DNA of 57,134 nucleotides from Candidatus Woesearchaeota archaeon. Lineage in GTDB: Archaea > Nanobdellota > Nanobdellia > Parvarchaeales > Parvarchaeaceae. This document shows positions 54,582 to 57,134 of the stretch, one piece after another; within the stretch, counting starts at the first letter, position 1; each line of letters opens with the position of its first letter. The stretch spans positions 1-57,134 of the forward strand of contig CAZXLU010000001.1 in NCBI GenBank assembly GCA_964641875.1. The letters are read 5' to 3'. The notes below the pieces were generated by a model. The model saw only the letters and a list, made by a program, of their open reading frames with translations, searched no databases and had not been told where the DNA came from. The position numbers were made by a program, and so were the translations under genes.

Positions 54582-55637
54582 ATGGATTCTACATATGCAG
54601 GAACATACGGTCATGTAAAAGCAATATCCTTGGATCTCCTAAAAAAAGATGAGATTGATAGGATAAAAGAAAGTAAGAAAGATGAATTTTTAGCTACTCT
54701 TTCAACAACTTCTTATAAAAATGAAATAGATTCATTCTATAATCAATTCAAGGAACCAGACATAATAGATATTGTTGTGAATACTCATTTCATAAAGAAC
54801 TGCAATAGATTACTAACGTTACTTCCAAGTACTGGAAAAAATTTGATAAGAAACTACCTATCAAAAATAGATATACAGAATATAAAACTTATACTGGCCG
54901 CGAAACTTATAGGAAAGAATTTAGAAATTGCGGATAACCTTTTGGTAGTCGATAGAGGATTCCCTGCTGGGGTGTCAAGCCCTTTAATTTCTAAAGAAGA
55001 ATATAACAATATAATAGCACAAAAAGACATAGTAGAAGTCATCAACTACTTAACAAGATATCAATATGGCAAGGTTCTTCTTCCATTTTCTGTTTCTGCT
55101 GAACTTAGCAGAGATGTTACTGGTATGTCTTTAGCACTTGACATAGACTATTACAATAACTTGCTAAACAGCTTCAAATTCTACATGGGAAACGAAGGTC
55201 CCGTGTTAAGATTTATACAAGGATTAATTGATTTAAGAAATATAATGACAATAATAAAAGAAATAGAATTAAAAAAACCCTCAAAGGAATTGCTTATACA
55301 AGGAGGGAGTATCCCTATAGATAAGTTGACAGAAATGTCAAAAGGCAGAATTGAAGACCTTATCAAAAGAATACCATATAATTTAGAAGAATCCAATAAA
55401 CTTTACTTGGAGGATAGATTAATAGCGAATTTTGAAGTCGAATTAAAAAAAATTATATATGACAAATACCTTTCAATATTCAAAACCAATTCGCTTTCGA
55501 TCGCTTCTGCATTTTCATTTATAATACTTTCTGAAATTGAAAGGGATACAATAAGATTAAATTGGTTTAAGAAATATTATGGAATAGAAAGGAAATTAGT
55601 CGATACTGGCTACGGAATCACTGGGTATGGAATTTAA
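54582..55637 (+). CDS. atpC: A-type ATP synthase subunit C (V0 d-like)
   Basis: 351-aa all-helical protein. Its position between E and F and its size fit AtpC. Confidence 0.7.
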   Translation: MDSTYAGTYGHVKAISLDLLKKDEIDRIKESKKDEFLATLSTTSYKNEIDSFYNQFKEPDIIDIVVNTHFIKNCNRLLTLLPSTGKNLIRNYLSKIDIQNIKLILAAKLIGKNLEIADNLLVVDRGFPAGVSSPLISKEEYNNIIAQKDIVEVINYLTRYQYGKVLLPFSVSAELSRDVTGMSLALDIDYYNNLLNSFKFYMGNEGPVLRFIQGLIDLRNIMTIIKEIELKKPSKELLIQGGSIPIDKLTEMSKGRIEDLIKRIPYNLEESNKLYLEDRLIANFEVELKKIIYDKYLSIFKTNSLSIASAFSFIILSEIERDTIRLNWFKKYYGIERKLVDTGYGITGYGI

Positions 55638-55950
55638 AAAGATGGTTTTTATAGGGGAAAGGCAAGATTCCTTGGGATTACAACTAGCAGGCATAGACAA
55701 AACATTCACATTAAAGGGAAAAGAAGCGTTAGATGAAGTTATTAAATTAATAAAAAGCAAAGAGTACAATCTTATAATAGCAGAAGAAGACATAAAAGAA
55801 TATGCCGACCAAAATGAGATAAACATTATAAATACAAGTGTAGATCCACTTGTTTTGCTTATACCTTCTGAGGAAGTAGGTGAAAACTCTGAATCCTTAG
55901 AAAGTTTAGCTAAAAGAGTGTTGGGGGTGGATATAACTAAGTTAAAATAA
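55627..55950 (+). CDS. atpF: A-type ATP synthase subunit F
   Basis: MVFIGERQDSLGLQLAGI fits the subunit F N-terminal pattern (IAVIGD...GF.LAGI). 107 aa. Confidence 0.75.
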   Translation: MEFKKMVFIGERQDSLGLQLAGIDKTFTLKGKEALDEVIKLIKSKEYNLIIAEEDIKEYADQNEINIINTSVDPLVLLIPSEEVGENSESLESLAKRVLGVDITKLK

Positions 55951-55952
55951 AC

Positions 55953-57134
55953 ATGGAAGGAAAGGTAATAGGAATTTCTGGTTCTGTTGTAACAGTATCG
56001 GGGTTAAAGGAACCTAAAATGAATAATATAGTTTTCATAGGAGAAAAAAACCTCGTTGGAGAGATAGTTAAAATTGAAGGTGAAAATGCTATAATTCAAG
56101 TTTATGAAGACACAAGTGGATTAAGTGTCGGAGAAAGCGCAACGGATAGCGGAGAAGCTTTATCAGTAGAACTCGGCCCAGGATTGATAGGATCCATATT
56201 TGATGGTATACAAAGACCCTTGGATAAAATTCTAAACAAAGAAGGGACATTCATAGGTAGTGGTATAAAAGTAGATTCGCTTGACAGGGATAAAAAGTGG
56301 CATTTCAAACCGAAAGTAGAGGTTGGGAAAGAAGTTTCTCCAGGTGAAGAAATAGGAGAAGTTAAAGAAAGCTCTCTTGTAAAACATAGGATATTAGTGC
56401 CTATAAACAAAAAAGGTGTTGTAAAAACCATCGTAGAAGAAGGAGAATATACTGTTGATGAAGTAATAGCTATCTTAGAAAATGAAGGCAAAAAAGAAGA
56501 AATAAAACTAATGACAAAATGGCCTGTCAGAACTGCAAGGCCCGTAAGAGAAAAGCTTTCCCCCACAATTCCTCTTTTAACTGGGCAAAGGGTAATAGAT
56601 ACTATGTTTCCGGTTGCTATGGGAGGAACTGCAGCGGTACCAGGGCCATTTGGATCAGGAAAATGTGTATTGGGGGAAACTCCAGTTTTATTAGCAAATG
56701 GCGAGATAAAAAGCATTGAAGAAATTTACAAAGAAAATGAAAATGATAGCGATATAGAATACCAAGATGAAAATGAAACATTGTTAAGGCTTAAGAGTCC
56801 ACTAAAACTATTTTCGATGTATGATGGAAAAGTTAAAGAAAGCCAATCAAAATTCCTGTATAAAGGCAAAAGTGATTCGGTTATAAAAATAAAGACAAAG
56901 ACTGGAAGGGAAGCAAAAATAACACCTGTACACAAGCTATTCAAATTAGATGGAGCAGGTATAAAGGAAGAATCTGCAGAAAACCTTCGAAAAGGGGATT
57001 ACATAATCGCGATAAGAAAATTTGAGGTAAATAAAGAAATACAGAAAATAGACCCATACGAATACTTATTTGATGCAAGAACAATAGACAAAAATATTTT
57101 ACTAAAAATGAAGGATTTACTTAAAAACGTTAAA
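55953..57134 (+). CDS. atpA: A-type ATP synthase catalytic subunit A, intein-containing; 3' end beyond window
   Basis: Not on ORF track because it runs off the window. MEGKVIGISGSVVTVSGL...LSVELGPGLIGSIFDGIQRPL...TGQRVIDTMFPVAMGGTAAVPGPFGSGK, after which the sequence switches to intein sequence. Confidence 0.85.
   Translation, partial: MEGKVIGISGSVVTVSGLKEPKMNNIVFIGEKNLVGEIVKIEGENAIIQVYEDTSGLSVGESATDSGEALSVELGPGLIGSIFDGIQRPLDKILNKEGTFIGSGIKVDSLDRDKKWHFKPKVEVGKEVSPGEEIGEVKESSLVKHRILVPINKKGVVKTIVEEGEYTVDEVIAILENEGKKEEIKLMTKWPVRTARPVREKLSPTIPLLTGQRVIDTMFPVAMGGTAAVPGPFGSGKCVLGETPVLLANGEIKSIEEIYKENENDSDIEYQDENETLLRLKSPLKLFSMYDGKVKESQSKFLYKGKSDSVIKIKTKTGREAKITPVHKLFKLDGAGIKEESAENLRKGDYIIAIRKFEVNKEIQKIDPYEYLFDARTIDKNILLKMKDLLKNVK
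56664..57134 (+). mobile_element. Intein inserted in the atpA Walker A loop (N-terminal splicing domain visible; rest beyond window)
   Basis: GPFGSGK is followed by CVLGETPVLLANGEIKSIEEIY (block A, Cys1) instead of T. Block B is TGREAKITPVHKLF (TxxH). No return to extein sequence occurs in the remaining 157 codons. Confidence 0.8.

Noticed and set aside
56102-56944. 204-aa and 72-aa minus-strand ORFs and a 66-aa plus-strand ORF
   Set aside because: They overlap the atpA/intein reading frame, which has unmistakable A-subunit and intein motifs.
1-57134. CRISPR arrays, rRNA genes, IS elements or long tandem repeats
   Set aside because: I saw no regularly spaced direct repeats, transposase or integrase motifs, or rRNA-like GC-rich blocks while reading. 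The only GC-rich islands are the two tRNAs. A computational repeat scan would be needed to exclude short dispersed repeats.

Overview
This is a visibly AT-rich, very tightly packed archaeal chromosome segment. The gene content is archaeal: TFB, aIF5B, L15e, L35Ae, GINS, a Hef-type helicase, Trm1, A-type ATPase, Cdc48 and SMC-ScpAB. Short proteins, broken-up operons and overlapping genes suggest a reduced DPANN/ARMAN-like genome, but that assignment is inference only. I support about 70 genes:
- **Core genes:** a secF-secD operon extended with exported proteins, two tRNA-Thr genes, an rpl2-rps19-rpl22-rps3-rpl29 block, nuoJKLMN without the rest of complex I, smc/scpA/scpB, cdc48, and atpK-E-C-F-A. 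atpA is interrupted at its P-loop by an intein that runs off the window.
- **Main unexplained content (surface or filament genes):** at least five proteins carry clear class III (archaeal type IV pilin-like) signal peptides: <1-596, 7950-8381, 11957-12430, 20548-22293 and the small 15034-15207 gene. There is a run of cysteine-rich, N-glycosylation-sequon-rich, N-terminally anchored proteins at 8897-12430. An orphan 577-aa protein (15210-16943) is translationally coupled to four tandem paralogous 46-57 aa single-TM proteins (14562-15207). A fifth relative sits at 9408-9569. All five small genes are below the ORF-track cutoff. No PilB/PilC/prepilin peptidase genes are present in the window.
- **Other finds absent from the ORF track:** a 24-aa, 9-cysteine metallothionein-like mini-ORF (53606-53680), rpl29 overlapping rps3 by 83 nt, and a 55-aa zinc-ribbon gene abutting a tRNA.
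- **Degenerate enzymes:** a GalT paralogue lacking HxHxQ, a Hint-like HIT protein lacking the middle histidine, and a TtuA/Ncs6-like stub lacking the PP-loop.
- **Not found:** CRISPR arrays, rRNA genes, transposases or integrases.

All family calls rest on motifs read by eye, and none was confirmed by a search.
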